Positions 9,525 through 18,980 of a stretch of DNA of 58,874 nucleotides are shown piece after piece. The notes under the pieces were generated by a model. The model was not told the DNA's origin. It searched no databases and was given only the letters and a program-made list of their open reading frames with translations. Made by a program: the position numbers and the translations under genes. Origin of the DNA: Chitinispirillia bacterium (lineage in GTDB: Bacteria; Fibrobacterota; Chitinivibrionia; Chitinivibrionales; Chitinispirillaceae); contig WQTH01000007.1 in the NCBI GenBank assembly GCA_009786415.1, positions 1 through 58,874 on the forward strand, in the 5' to 3' direction. How positions within the stretch are numbered: the first letter of the stretch is position 1; every line of letters starts with the position of its first letter.

Positions 9525-10406
9525 ATGGTAAGGTATCAACGCAAAGCAAAAAAGAACGCTGTTATGGTCATCATGTTATTATTGATGACTGCGTTGATTG
9601 TATTGCCCGGATGCGCCGGTTCTAAAAAGGCGGCTCCGCAGCGGGATGATGTTTACGGTTCTCGCGCATATCTGCACTTTTTAGCCGGGGATATGCCGCG
9701 GGCGGTTGAGAACTATAAGAGGGGGTATTTGGCGGCGCGGCAGATTGACAACGGCATCGGCGCGGCGCGGTATCTGTCCAATATCGGGCGCGTGTTCTAC
9801 GAAATGGGTAAGGCGGACAGCGCCTCGCTCTATCTCGTTAAGGCGTACGAGGAGTTTAAGGTTTATGGGGATGATGCCGGCGCGTCGAAGTCGGCGGCGT
9901 TTCTCGCGGTATGCTTCGCCGCAGCCGGCGACGAAGCCCAGGCGCGCCGGTGGTTCGGCGCCGCATCGTCGTCGCTGAGCAACAGCAGTGGCAAGCGTAA
10001 GGACGATGAACACTACTACGCGGTGATACGCGCGCAGATTGATTTTCGGCTGACGTCAAAAATCAACAACGAAAACGCGCTCTTGGCGGCGGAGTCGTTT
10101 TACAAAAAAAAGAAAGACTTCTCCCGCCTTGCGACTATACATACGCTAATGGCCGACATTGAGCTCTCGAAAGGCTACTGCGTTACGGCGGCGCGCCGCC
10201 TGAACGATGCGCTGGCGGCTATAGAAAGGTCAAACGAGCCATACAGGCGCAGCGGGATGCTGCTTAAACTGGCGGCGATAGGCTTTTGCGCCGGTGACGA
10301 AAGCGCGGGGAAACACTATTACGGGCGGGCGGCGGACTGCGCACCCAAGGGTGTAACTGTACCGCCCCTGGAGCGGGTATCATCGTGTGCATGGGTATGT
10401 CGCTAA
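9525..10406 (+). CDS. TPR-like lipoprotein
   Basis: ORF 9516 (TTG); ATG at 9525. Lipobox LIVLPGCAG. Helical repeats (AVENYKRGYLAARQ..., LYLVKAYEEFKVYGD...). Confidence 0.55.
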   Translation: MVRYQRKAKKNAVMVIMLLLMTALIVLPGCAGSKKAAPQRDDVYGSRAYLHFLAGDMPRAVENYKRGYLAARQIDNGIGAARYLSNIGRVFYEMGKADSASLYLVKAYEEFKVYGDDAGASKSAAFLAVCFAAAGDEAQARRWFGAASSSLSNSSGKRKDDEHYYAVIRAQIDFRLTSKINNENALLAAESFYKKKKDFSRLATIHTLMADIELSKGYCVTAARRLNDALAAIERSNEPYRRSGMLLKLAAIGFCAGDESAGKHYYGRAADCAPKGVTVPPLERVSSCAWVCR

Positions 10407-10430
10407 CGGTACAGAAAGGAGAGTGCTTTT

Positions 10431-11267
10431 ATGGGGATTACAGCCGAATCGTTTGGGTTCCTGCGTTATTGCAGGAGCAGCGGAGCCGATTTTGAGAGTA
10501 CGTGCCAGATAGGCAGGCAGAACGTCTTTTTTTCATCCAAAGAGTGCGGAATAAAGCATGGCGATTTCGCGGAACCGCTGTTTCGTTCTCTTGGGGCTAA
10601 GTCTGTGGAGAGTATGGATTACAGCGACTATGAAGGCGCCGGCATTATTCATGACATGAATTTGCCGATACCGGAAGATATGAAAGAGAGGTTCTCGGCG
10701 GTTATAGAGAGCGGGACGCTGGAGCACGTATTCAATTATCCTGTGGCGATAAAAAACTGTATGCAGATGGTTAAGCCCGGCGGGTATCTGATTATAATAA
10801 CGCCATCCAATAATTGGTTCGGGCATGGTTTTTATCAATTCTCCCCTGAGCTATTTTACACTCTTTTGAATGAACAAAACGGTTTTGCCGAAACACAGGT
10901 ACTGACACAGGACGATTCCTCGCGGTGGTACAAAATCAGAGAGCCCAGAGAGGTAAAAGGCAGGGTGGATGTTTGCTGCGCGAAGAACACTTTGTGCTCG
11001 CTTTATGTGGTGTCTAAAAAGAACCGTACAACGCCGGAGAATCTGGCGGTTTTTCAGAGTGACTACGTAGAAACGTGGAAGGATACGGAAAGGAAGCCTG
11101 AATTGTCCGGGGGTATGAAATCCGCAGTCAAGCGGTTTATACGAAAAATTGTTCCGGTACGCGCCTTTGACTGCCTTAACGATATCAGAAAATCTATGCG
11201 CGGGGAGGGGAAAAAGGTAAAAACAGCCGGAAAAGCGCGGTTTTACGAAAAAATACGCCTCAGCTAA
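10431..11267 (+). CDS. class I SAM-dependent methyltransferase
   Basis: ESGTLEHVFNYPVAIKNCMQMVKPGGYLIIITP is a Methyltransf_11/23-like post-I/II region. The locus is more AT-rich. Confidence 0.65.
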   Translation: MGITAESFGFLRYCRSSGADFESTCQIGRQNVFFSSKECGIKHGDFAEPLFRSLGAKSVESMDYSDYEGAGIIHDMNLPIPEDMKERFSAVIESGTLEHVFNYPVAIKNCMQMVKPGGYLIIITPSNNWFGHGFYQFSPELFYTLLNEQNGFAETQVLTQDDSSRWYKIREPREVKGRVDVCCAKNTLCSLYVVSKKNRTTPENLAVFQSDYVETWKDTERKPELSGGMKSAVKRFIRKIVPVRAFDCLNDIRKSMRGEGKKVKTAGKARFYEKIRLS

Positions 11268-11368
11268 AGGCGGCGCTTTAGTGTTGATGCCGTAGCAATT
11301 GGCCAATCTCCCCATTTTCGCGCCCAAAGAGGTGATTATGGAGGGTATTTATTGTTAGCCGATACCGG

Positions 11369-12058
11369 TTATTTGGCCAAAACCATTAACGAATACCCGC
11401 CAAACATTTCTACAGTTAAATTGGGCGCTATTTTGTAACCTGCCCTTCGGATTAGATTAACAGGAGTCAGCCCGGATAGTTCTACCGCGTTGTGGGTATA
11501 AAAATAATCAATAATTTCGTATCCCGTGTCTTTTAACGTTGCCAATGCCGTATCCTTTAAAAAATAGTGTATGTGTCCGACTTTTTTTCGCGCGAATAAG
11601 AATCTGGACGGCCTCAAAACAGAGTGTACGGTGATTTCCAGAGGAATGTGAAAAATTTTATAGGTACCCTTTTTCCTGAGTTCTCTCAAGAAAGCAAAAC
11701 AATCCTCAACGTGCTCTATCACATCTATTGCCATAACTATGTCATAGCAGGTCGATGTATCTTCAAACAAATTCGCCAATTTGTAATTCAGTCTGTCTGT
11801 TTTTCTTTGCTCGCATAATTCAAATGCGTCCGGTGAAATTTCGTAACCGACAAATGATATGTTGTTGTTCATTTGCAAGAACAGCTGGCGGAGCACCTCT
11901 CCGGCGCCGCATCCAATCTCACATATTGAATTTGGCTGTAAGCTGTTCCTTTTTATAGCTTTGAGTATTTGCTTTGCTTTCCATGGCGAGTCCTCTATAT
12001 GCCACGTAGGGTTGTTTTCGAGATACTCGTTAGATGTGTATATCTTTTCCGATGTCAT
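11369..12058 (-). CDS. class I SAM-dependent methyltransferase
   Basis: Motif I ICEIGCGAGEVL, plus DIVMAIDVIEHVED. Confidence 0.75.
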   Translation of the reverse strand: MTSEKIYTSNEYLENNPTWHIEDSPWKAKQILKAIKRNSLQPNSICEIGCGAGEVLRQLFLQMNNNISFVGYEISPDAFELCEQRKTDRLNYKLANLFEDTSTCYDIVMAIDVIEHVEDCFAFLRELRKKGTYKIFHIPLEITVHSVLRPSRFLFARKKVGHIHYFLKDTALATLKDTGYEIIDYFYTHNAVELSGLTPVNLIRRAGYKIAPNLTVEMFGGYSLMVLAK

Positions 12059-12099
12059 AACAGCTCCTTTTATTTTGGTTAAAAAACAATATATATACC

Positions 12100-12183
12100 A
12101 CGATTAAATATTATACCTGTGGCGTCCGGAGACATCACGGCTGTCGTACAGCCGCAGGGCTGTGCGGGTATAATATTTAATCG
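12100..12183. repeat. ~84-nt palindromic intergenic element, copy A (MITE/REP-like)
   Basis: Perfect 17-bp terminal inverted repeats: CGATTAAATATTATACC (12101..12117) and GGTATAATATTTAATCG (12167..12183). The core contains GACATCACGGCTGTCGT, the reverse complement of the 17-nt core ACGACAGCCGTGATGTC of copy B. Confidence 0.75.
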
Positions 12184-12197
12184 CGGCATCAATAAGC

Positions 12198-13268
12198 TCA
12201 TTGAATGGCAAATATCAGCGATTGTACCGACTTCGTCCATCCCTGTTCCCTGATACGCGCCAGTCCCCGCTCGGCTGTCCTTTCCAGGAGCGCCTTATCC
12301 GCAAGCAATCTGATAACGCCGTTGGCGATTGATACCGGATTATTCATGTCGACAAGGACCATATTCTCCCCGTTATTAAGTGTAGGTATGCACCCAACGT
12401 TTGTCGCCGCTATGGCGCATTTGCAAGCCATTGCTTCCATCGGCGGCAGGTGCCATCCTTCCTTGTGGCTGGGTGAGATGAATATGGATGCGTCCTGATA
12501 GAGCGACAGCAGCTCTTCGTACGGCGGGTCTTTATGATACTCGAAGTCAAACGGCGCGTCGGGCTGTTCGCACATCCCAAACATTTTTATTTTTACGTGT
12601 GGATAGCGTTCTTTGACGGCGGTCAAAGCGTCAATACCGTCTCTTGTCCCCTTCCACACCAAATCATGCGCCATCATAAGTATCGACGCCTCACTGAACC
12701 TTTTTTCTGCAGGCGGATAGAATTTGTCGAGTCTTATACCGTTGTGTATTTCCGTGACATCGTTCCTCCCGAATTTCTCTCTCATTAGCTCCGTCAGCCA
12801 CGGCGCGATAGTGATAAGGTTTATAGGCAGGCGGTAAGAGTTATCAACTTTTTTTACATCGCCGCTCCATATTTCGTAGTGCTGTATGAAGTAGAACTTG
12901 CGCCCCTTCGCGGATGACAGTTTATTGACATCATAAGCCGTAGGCCACGCCGTGGCTATCACCGCGTCGGCATCGGGGATGGAAGAGTCATTAATACGTA
13001 AGACAGGCTTTACGGGGATATCCTCGGAAAACATGGATATGCTGCGCCTGATATATTTCAGGTTGAGCAGAAACGATTTCATCCGCGCCGGGAATCTTTT
13101 CCAGAGCGGCCTGTCATGAAAAAGGCCGCAGTAGGGGAGCAGGGGATAGTATATGCTGACATCATGCCCCATGGCCGTGAGGCCGCGGTAATACTCCAGC
13201 ACAACGGCTATGCCGCCGGTCATGTTGGTAAACGGGATTATGAACGATATGCGCAGTTTGTTTTTCAT
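12198..13268 (-). CDS. glycosyltransferase family 4 (GT-B)
   Basis: C-terminal GT1/GT4 signature FISPSHKEGWHLPPMEAMACKCAIAATNVG. Confidence 0.8.
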   Translation of the reverse strand: MKNKLRISFIIPFTNMTGGIAVVLEYYRGLTAMGHDVSIYYPLLPYCGLFHDRPLWKRFPARMKSFLLNLKYIRRSISMFSEDIPVKPVLRINDSSIPDADAVIATAWPTAYDVNKLSSAKGRKFYFIQHYEIWSGDVKKVDNSYRLPINLITIAPWLTELMREKFGRNDVTEIHNGIRLDKFYPPAEKRFSEASILMMAHDLVWKGTRDGIDALTAVKERYPHVKIKMFGMCEQPDAPFDFEYHKDPPYEELLSLYQDASIFISPSHKEGWHLPPMEAMACKCAIAATNVGCIPTLNNGENMVLVDMNNPVSIANGVIRLLADKALLERTAERGLARIREQGWTKSVQSLIFAIQ

Positions 13269-13286
13269 GATATTATTTCACGATGG

Positions 13287-14747
13287 TCATGGAATGACCT
13301 TTTTTAGCATCGTATTTATATCCTTACGACAGATAAAATACATTAATGCCGAGGACAATGTGTAATAAATTATGAAGCCGGCCAGAAGCTCGGTTTTGCC
13401 GATATCAAGAAAATGGCTCGCTGCCAGGGGGATTACGGCCAGAAGCAGCGCCGGCAGCCACCCAAGTATCTGTTCCCGGAAGATACGGCAATCTATATAT
13501 TTTCGTACGGAGAGCGCCATTAATATCGTTGTTATGTTCACCACGATGTTGGCGTATCCGGCGCCTGCGGCCCCGAAGGCGAAGATCAGCGGCGTGCCGA
13601 TCCCAAGCGACAGCGTCATCCACAGAAGGTTGAATTTCAGGACCATCTTTGAGTGCCCGAACGCGTTCAGCAGGCACGAGCACACAGTCATGGTCGGCAG
13701 GAACAGGTTGGCCGGCCACAGCAGGTAGGTGAAGTACGTCGTCTCGCCGAGCCACTTCTCGCCGAAGATATGCATGGTGAACGGTTTTGCCATTATCAAT
13801 ATGTATATGGCCAGCGGCGCGACAAAGGCGTTGCTCAGGCGTATGGATATCCCAAAGAGTTTTTCCAGCGCCGGCCTGTCGCCGATTGAGCGTGAGAAGG
13901 CCGGGAAGAACAGGCGGTTAAGGATGAGGAGCAGCAGTACCGGGAATGTCGCGATTGTCGATGCCATATTGACCATGCCGGTGCTCGCCGCGCCTATAAA
14001 GACTCCTACGACAACCGCCGATATCGAGTCTTTAAGGACGTTTACGAATATCCCTGCCTGATAGGGCAGCCCGAACTTGAGGTGTTTTCTGATAAGGGCC
14101 ATATCGAAACAGATTCCAAGCGTCCCGCGGCTGACGATGTTCACCAGTACGCTGCCGATTAGCACGCGGCACAGGAGCGCCAGCGTGAAACTCAGCGGCC
14201 CGTACCCCCGGTACGCCATCCACGCTGCAATCACGTTGTAGGCGGCGGCCTGGGCTATCTCGATGATCGACAACCACTTGAAATCAAGGTGCCGCTCTAA
14301 CCGCGCGGTTGGAGCCGCACGGAAGGCCGTAAGCGCCAACGACAGGGATATCAGCAGAAAATAGGTGGCGTACGACGGCGGCAGTTTGTAAATCCCGCAT
14401 AATGCCGGCGATAGCGCGTAAAATACCGTCCCGGCAACGGTCACAAGCGCAAGCTGCGCCGTAAAAATAACGTGGTAGTCCCTTTTGGACGGCTCCTCGG
14501 GCTGCCGCAAAAGGCTTGCCGAAAAACCGATGTCGCCGAAGTTTGTGATGAACGAGAACAGAAAGAAGATGATCCCGAAGAACCCGTATTCGGCGATGGT
14601 CAGGTAGCGCGCCAGAAAGATGATGCCGGCGAAGTTCATAGCCTGCACGGATATCTGCCGGATAATCAGCAGCGCGCCGCCTTTAGCGGAACGGGCGGCT
14701 ACGGAATACGCGGATGGTTGACGGTCATTATCGTTATTTTTGGACAT
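13287..14747 (-). CDS. wzx: oligosaccharide/O-antigen flippase (MOP/Wzx family)
   Basis: 486 aa with roughly 12-14 predicted TM helices. N-terminal GALLIIRQISVQAMNFAGIIFLARYL is typical of polysaccharide biosynthesis (Polysacc_synt) flippases. Confidence 0.78.
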   Translation of the reverse strand: MSKNNDNDRQPSAYSVAARSAKGGALLIIRQISVQAMNFAGIIFLARYLTIAEYGFFGIIFFLFSFITNFGDIGFSASLLRQPEEPSKRDYHVIFTAQLALVTVAGTVFYALSPALCGIYKLPPSYATYFLLISLSLALTAFRAAPTARLERHLDFKWLSIIEIAQAAAYNVIAAWMAYRGYGPLSFTLALLCRVLIGSVLVNIVSRGTLGICFDMALIRKHLKFGLPYQAGIFVNVLKDSISAVVVGVFIGAASTGMVNMASTIATFPVLLLLILNRLFFPAFSRSIGDRPALEKLFGISIRLSNAFVAPLAIYILIMAKPFTMHIFGEKWLGETTYFTYLLWPANLFLPTMTVCSCLLNAFGHSKMVLKFNLLWMTLSLGIGTPLIFAFGAAGAGYANIVVNITTILMALSVRKYIDCRIFREQILGWLPALLLAVIPLAASHFLDIGKTELLAGFIIYYTLSSALMYFICRKDINTMLKKVIP

Positions 14748-14836
14748 TGTCCCTTAAAAATACTATTTTACTGACATAGGGTGGATATTTTTATCCGCAA
14801 AACGTTGCTCATCACCTGAAAAGGCGTAAACATAAA

Positions 14837-15832
14837 ATGCCGCTGGTATCAATAATAATCGTAAACTGGAACGGCGCGGAGGTCCTCCCTGAGTGCTTAG
14901 AGAGTCTTCTGTGCCTCAACCACAGGGATACCGAGATCGTGGTCGTCGATAACGCCTCTGCGGATAATTCCGTAGATATCGTAGCCAAAATCTGCGGCGA
15001 TAAGGCGAAAATCATCCGTTTAGATAAAAATATCGGCTTCGCGGCGGGGGTAAACAAGGGCTTCGAGAACGCCGCCGGGGAGTTTGCCGCCCTGCTGAAC
15101 AACGATATGGTCGTTGAGCCGTCGTGGTTGGACCAGCCGCTGGAACTCTTTGAGGATGGGGCGGTCGGCATAGTCAGCTGCCGCCAGATGAACTACTACG
15201 ACCGGAATAAGGTAGACGGGCTATACCACCGCATCACAAAGGAACTCACATTGATGCCGTTTGGGGCGGGGTGCGAGTATCGCAGCTGGGAGGATTGCTT
15301 CTCGAAGCCGGGCTACGTAATGAGCGCCAACGGCGGGTCGGCGGTCATCAGGATGGAGGCCGTAAGGGCCATAGGCGGGTTCGACGCCGACTTCTTCGGC
15401 TACATGGAGGAGACGGATTTTTGCCTGCGGGCTTTTTTGCGTGGGTGGCGCTGCGCCTGCGCCCCAAACGCCGTAGTATACCACATGGACGGGTTCAGTT
15501 TCAAGAAAAACCTGGGGATGCAGTACTACTACCGGGAGCGCAACCGCGTCTGGTACCTGTATAAAAATATCCCGCTGTGGGATATAATCAAGCGCCTGCC
15601 CTGTATATTGATAATGGAGCTGCGCGTCATCAGGGCGTTCATTGTCAGAGCCAAAAAGCCGCTTCTCTACCTGAAAGCGAGGATAGACGCGCTCGCCGGG
15701 CTGGGCCGGTACCGCCAAATCCGCAGTGAGAATGTCGCGCTGTTCAAGAAGAAGAGGGCGGAGTTCTACCGGTTTGAACGGGAGGGGAAAATTGATTTCG
15801 GTACATTGTGTGGGATGCGGCGCACTCTTTGA
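14837..15832 (+). CDS. glycosyltransferase family 2
   Basis: SIIIVNWNG...VVVDNASADNS...LDKNIGFAAGVN...NNDMVV are GT2 (rhamnosyltransferase-like) motifs. Confidence 0.85.
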   Translation: MPLVSIIIVNWNGAEVLPECLESLLCLNHRDTEIVVVDNASADNSVDIVAKICGDKAKIIRLDKNIGFAAGVNKGFENAAGEFAALLNNDMVVEPSWLDQPLELFEDGAVGIVSCRQMNYYDRNKVDGLYHRITKELTLMPFGAGCEYRSWEDCFSKPGYVMSANGGSAVIRMEAVRAIGGFDADFFGYMEETDFCLRAFLRGWRCACAPNAVVYHMDGFSFKKNLGMQYYYRERNRVWYLYKNIPLWDIIKRLPCILIMELRVIRAFIVRAKKPLLYLKARIDALAGLGRYRQIRSENVALFKKKRAEFYRFEREGKIDFGTLCGMRRTL

Positions 15833-16889
15833 ATACGGCCAGCAGGTCTTTTGCGGATTGTTCCCACGTGTATTTTTTCAATCTCTCCCTGTTAATCAAC
15901 ACAGGCTCGGATTTTGAGAAGTTGATGATGGTTTCGGCGATGGAGTTGACGTTGTACGGGTCGAAATACACAGCGCTTTCGCCCGCTATTTCTTCCATTG
16001 CGGTTCCCTTTGATGTGAGGACTGGTGTGTTCAGCGTGAGGGCTTCGAGGACCGGCAGGCCGAAGCCTTCGTATATGGACGGGAAGATTACTGCTTTGCA
16101 TTTCAGGTATTGCTCTTTCAGCTCATTGTCTGATAAAAAGCCGAGATGTTTGATTTTATCCCTGACGGGGCTTAATTCTACCTGTCGATAGAAGTTTGAG
16201 TTTTTCCATCCTTGAGGTCCGCAGATGCGAAGGTTGATGTCGGTGCCGTTCTCGTTTACTATTTCTAGCGCCTTTATGAGTCTTGAGAGGTTTTTGCGCG
16301 GTTCAAGGCTGCCGGGGAAGAACAGGAAGTTTTCTCGCGGCTCCTGCCGCGCCCAAGTGTCCCATCCGTCCACGCCGTTGTATACGGTGCGGACGATTTT
16401 TGATGCCGCTCCGGCGCGGGGATAAAAATCGAGCAGCTCTTTTTTAATATGGTCGGAGACGGGGATCAGGGCGGCTGATTTTTCTACGGTTGACGCGGTT
16501 AGCAGTTTCTTAATCAGCAAATCGGTGGGCCGGCATGTTTTTGGATAGTGCAGGAACGTAAAATCGTGTATGGTGGTGACTAAGCTGACCTTGCCGGGCA
16601 GCCCAAAAACCGGAGCTATTTGCTGGGGCGCCCAGAAGATATCGATATTGTGTTTTTTCATAAGTCCGGGAAGCGCCGTTTGCATCCACACGGTTCCCGG
16701 CAGTTTTGAGTTGTGCGAAATTTTTTTCCACGCTGGATTCGGCGGCGCGTAGTTTGATGGTCTGGGTTCAAAGAGGCAGTATTGATTTTCGGAATCAATG
16801 CGCTGCAGTTCTTCAAGTACGCGCTTGATGTATCTGCGGATTCCGGCCTGGCCGCCGTTTAAGTGTTTGATATCTACGCCGATATTCAT
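15744..16889 (-). CDS. glycosyltransferase family 4
   Basis: ORF 15744..16934, trimmed to the ATG at 16889 (MNIGVDIKHL...), which forms an ATGA overlap with the upstream stop. Motif FPSIYEGFGLPVLEAL. Its 3' end overlaps the convergent GT2 gene by 89 nt. Confidence 0.8.
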   Translation of the reverse strand: MNIGVDIKHLNGGQAGIRRYIKRVLEELQRIDSENQYCLFEPRPSNYAPPNPAWKKISHNSKLPGTVWMQTALPGLMKKHNIDIFWAPQQIAPVFGLPGKVSLVTTIHDFTFLHYPKTCRPTDLLIKKLLTASTVEKSAALIPVSDHIKKELLDFYPRAGAASKIVRTVYNGVDGWDTWARQEPRENFLFFPGSLEPRKNLSRLIKALEIVNENGTDINLRICGPQGWKNSNFYRQVELSPVRDKIKHLGFLSDNELKEQYLKCKAVIFPSIYEGFGLPVLEALTLNTPVLTSKGTAMEEIAGESAVYFDPYNVNSIAETIINFSKSEPVLINRERLKKYTWEQSAKDLLAVFKECAASHTMYRNQFSPPVQTGRTPPSSS

Positions 16890-17998
16890 TTGGCATCGCT
16901 CCTGAAGCAGGCCCGCGCTCTCTCTCCGAAACATTCAATCGAAAACCTGTCAAGCAGTTTCTTTGCGGCGTCTTTGTCGACTACGCTCTTTCCGTCCAAG
17001 ACATCGTCAATAACTTTCAAATACCCTTCAACGCAATCCGGCGGGTCTATAAGGGGCACTACGCCTTCAAGATTTTCCTTAAGTGCGGAGGTTGACGCGG
17101 CGGCGACAGCCACGCCGCAGGCGAGCGCTTCGAGCGGCGGCATACCGAAGCCTTCGAGCAGGCTTGGGTAGATGAAGAGGTTGGCGCATCCGTAAAGTTC
17201 CAGCAGTTGTTCCTGAGGGATATTCAGGTAGTGGATGATGTTGGTAATTTTGTTCTCTGCGATATATTCGCTCATCTTCTTCGAGCAAGGTCCTACGCGC
17301 ACAAACGCCACATCGGGGCGCTGCTTTGCTAGTGCGAAGTATGTGGCAATGTTTTTGCGCGGTTCGTTCAGGCTGATGTTCAGGCATACGCCCCTGTAGC
17401 CGTCAAGCCCCCACTTTTGTTTAAGTCGCGCCTTCTCGCTTTGGTTGTGGGGATGGAAGGCGGATGTGTCTATCGGGCATCCTATTACGGGCAGATTGGG
17501 CGCGAGCCCCATCACTTTACCGGCGATGTCTTGTGTATATTTGCTGTTGCAGATGAACCCGTCAGCGTTGCGCATCGGGTTGATAAAAAAGCGGTTGATT
17601 AGTTTGAATTTTATTGAGTTGGGGTAGAGCGTTTCTGAGAACATATCGTGCACAAAGACGAGCGCTCTGGCTCCGGGCAGCGCCTTGTGGATTTCGTCAA
17701 CAAGAAAGCCGAGTTCGGGGCGTATCAGCAATACGTCATTCGGCATGATTTTTTTGAGGTGATTGCGCAGGGGCCGGCGGAACGTCAGCCAGCCAGCCTC
17801 AAGGCTTGGCGCGTGGATTGTATGGCTGCCGTTTGGCGGTTCGAAACCGCCGGAGAAATATTTTGGCGTTGTCAGCCAAATGATGCAGACGTCAAACTCG
17901 CCGGAGAGAACATCGCGCAGGTCAAGCGTCATCCGCCCGAAGCTGGTGTGCGGGTTCTTGTCGCAGACGATGGCGATCGTTTTTTTGGGGGCTGTCAT
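16886..17998 (-). CDS. glycosyltransferase family 4
   Basis: ORF 16886..18043, trimmed to the ATG at 17998 (MTAPKKTIAIV). Motif YPSLLEGFGMPPLEALACG. Confidence 0.75.
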   Translation of the reverse strand: MTAPKKTIAIVCDKNPHTSFGRMTLDLRDVLSGEFDVCIIWLTTPKYFSGGFEPPNGSHTIHAPSLEAGWLTFRRPLRNHLKKIMPNDVLLIRPELGFLVDEIHKALPGARALVFVHDMFSETLYPNSIKFKLINRFFINPMRNADGFICNSKYTQDIAGKVMGLAPNLPVIGCPIDTSAFHPHNQSEKARLKQKWGLDGYRGVCLNISLNEPRKNIATYFALAKQRPDVAFVRVGPCSKKMSEYIAENKITNIIHYLNIPQEQLLELYGCANLFIYPSLLEGFGMPPLEALACGVAVAAASTSALKENLEGVVPLIDPPDCVEGYLKVIDDVLDGKSVVDKDAAKKLLDRFSIECFGERARACFRSDAK

Positions 17999-18008
17999 TA
18001 TCGTTTGG

Positions 18009-18956
18009 TTACCCCACAGAGATTGGCGGTTGATTTTTCTCATACATCTGGTACAGGTGCCCGTAAAAGGTTGTTTTGCCGCCCTTAGTTTCTTTTCTGA
18101 AATCTTCCTTGTAGGTTAATTTGTGAAAGCGCACCTCTTTGCAGAGAGCACCGTATTTTTGTGGGTCATATTCAAGATTCGCCAGCGAGTATAAATCAAA
18201 TATGCCCTGCTGAGTTGCCGGCACTTTGTCTATCATATCCCGTACTGCCCCGATTTTTTCGCAGGCGCAGCGTATGGCCACTTCAAAAAAGTGATAGTCG
18301 ATGAGCTTGTCGTGTTTCTCCCAAAAGTCAAAGGAGAGGTCTCTAAGGAAACACCACAGGATATTTCCCGGCAGGCAATATGACAGGAATTCGACAAACG
18401 GCTTGCTCCTGGCGAATTTTCCGCCGTTATTCCACTTGCCGGTCCAGAAAGGCATTCCGTCGAAAGACGGCAGTTCGCCTGAAACATATACGGTAGCGTC
18501 AATGTACAGGCCGCCGTATTTGCTTAACAGGCATGCGCGCAGGACTTCGCTTAAATATGTGTGCGACAAAATACCTTTCCGGTTTTTTTCGCGTATGTGT
18601 TCGGGGATGTCCGCGAAGCCGGAATAGTTATCTAAGGTTATAAGGTGCACTTTGCGCCCGCCGGCGTTTTTCAGCAGGGAGTTATAGCACATCCTTATTG
18701 TTTCCGGCATACTTTCCTCGCCCTGAAACCAGCAGACCCAAACAGGGTACGCTTTTCCGTTTTCACCTGCGTCTTCTGTTGAGGTTGCGGGCAGCGCGTT
18801 GTATTTTTCAAAGAGATCGCGGTAGTTTTCGCAGAAGTAATCCGCCATTTTGCGCTTTGTTACGTTTGTGCGGGCTTCGATTATGCGCCGGATTAAATTC
18901 GTTATGGCGGAGTTTCTCTTCACCGCCTTTTTTATCATAAAAATCAATTTTTTCAC
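18009..18956 (-). CDS. capsular polysaccharide synthesis (Caps_synth-type) glycosyltransferase
   Basis: VWVCWFQGEESMPETIRMCYNS...LSEVLRACLLSKYGGLYIDATVYV matches the Caps_synth / DXD sugar-binding pattern. Confidence 0.65.
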   Translation of the reverse strand: MKKLIFMIKKAVKRNSAITNLIRRIIEARTNVTKRKMADYFCENYRDLFEKYNALPATSTEDAGENGKAYPVWVCWFQGEESMPETIRMCYNSLLKNAGGRKVHLITLDNYSGFADIPEHIREKNRKGILSHTYLSEVLRACLLSKYGGLYIDATVYVSGELPSFDGMPFWTGKWNNGGKFARSKPFVEFLSYCLPGNILWCFLRDLSFDFWEKHDKLIDYHFFEVAIRCACEKIGAVRDMIDKVPATQQGIFDLYSLANLEYDPQKYGALCKEVRFHKLTYKEDFRKETKGGKTTFYGHLYQMYEKNQPPISVG

Positions 18957-18980
18957 GCTCTCTCCGAAAGCAAAGATTTA

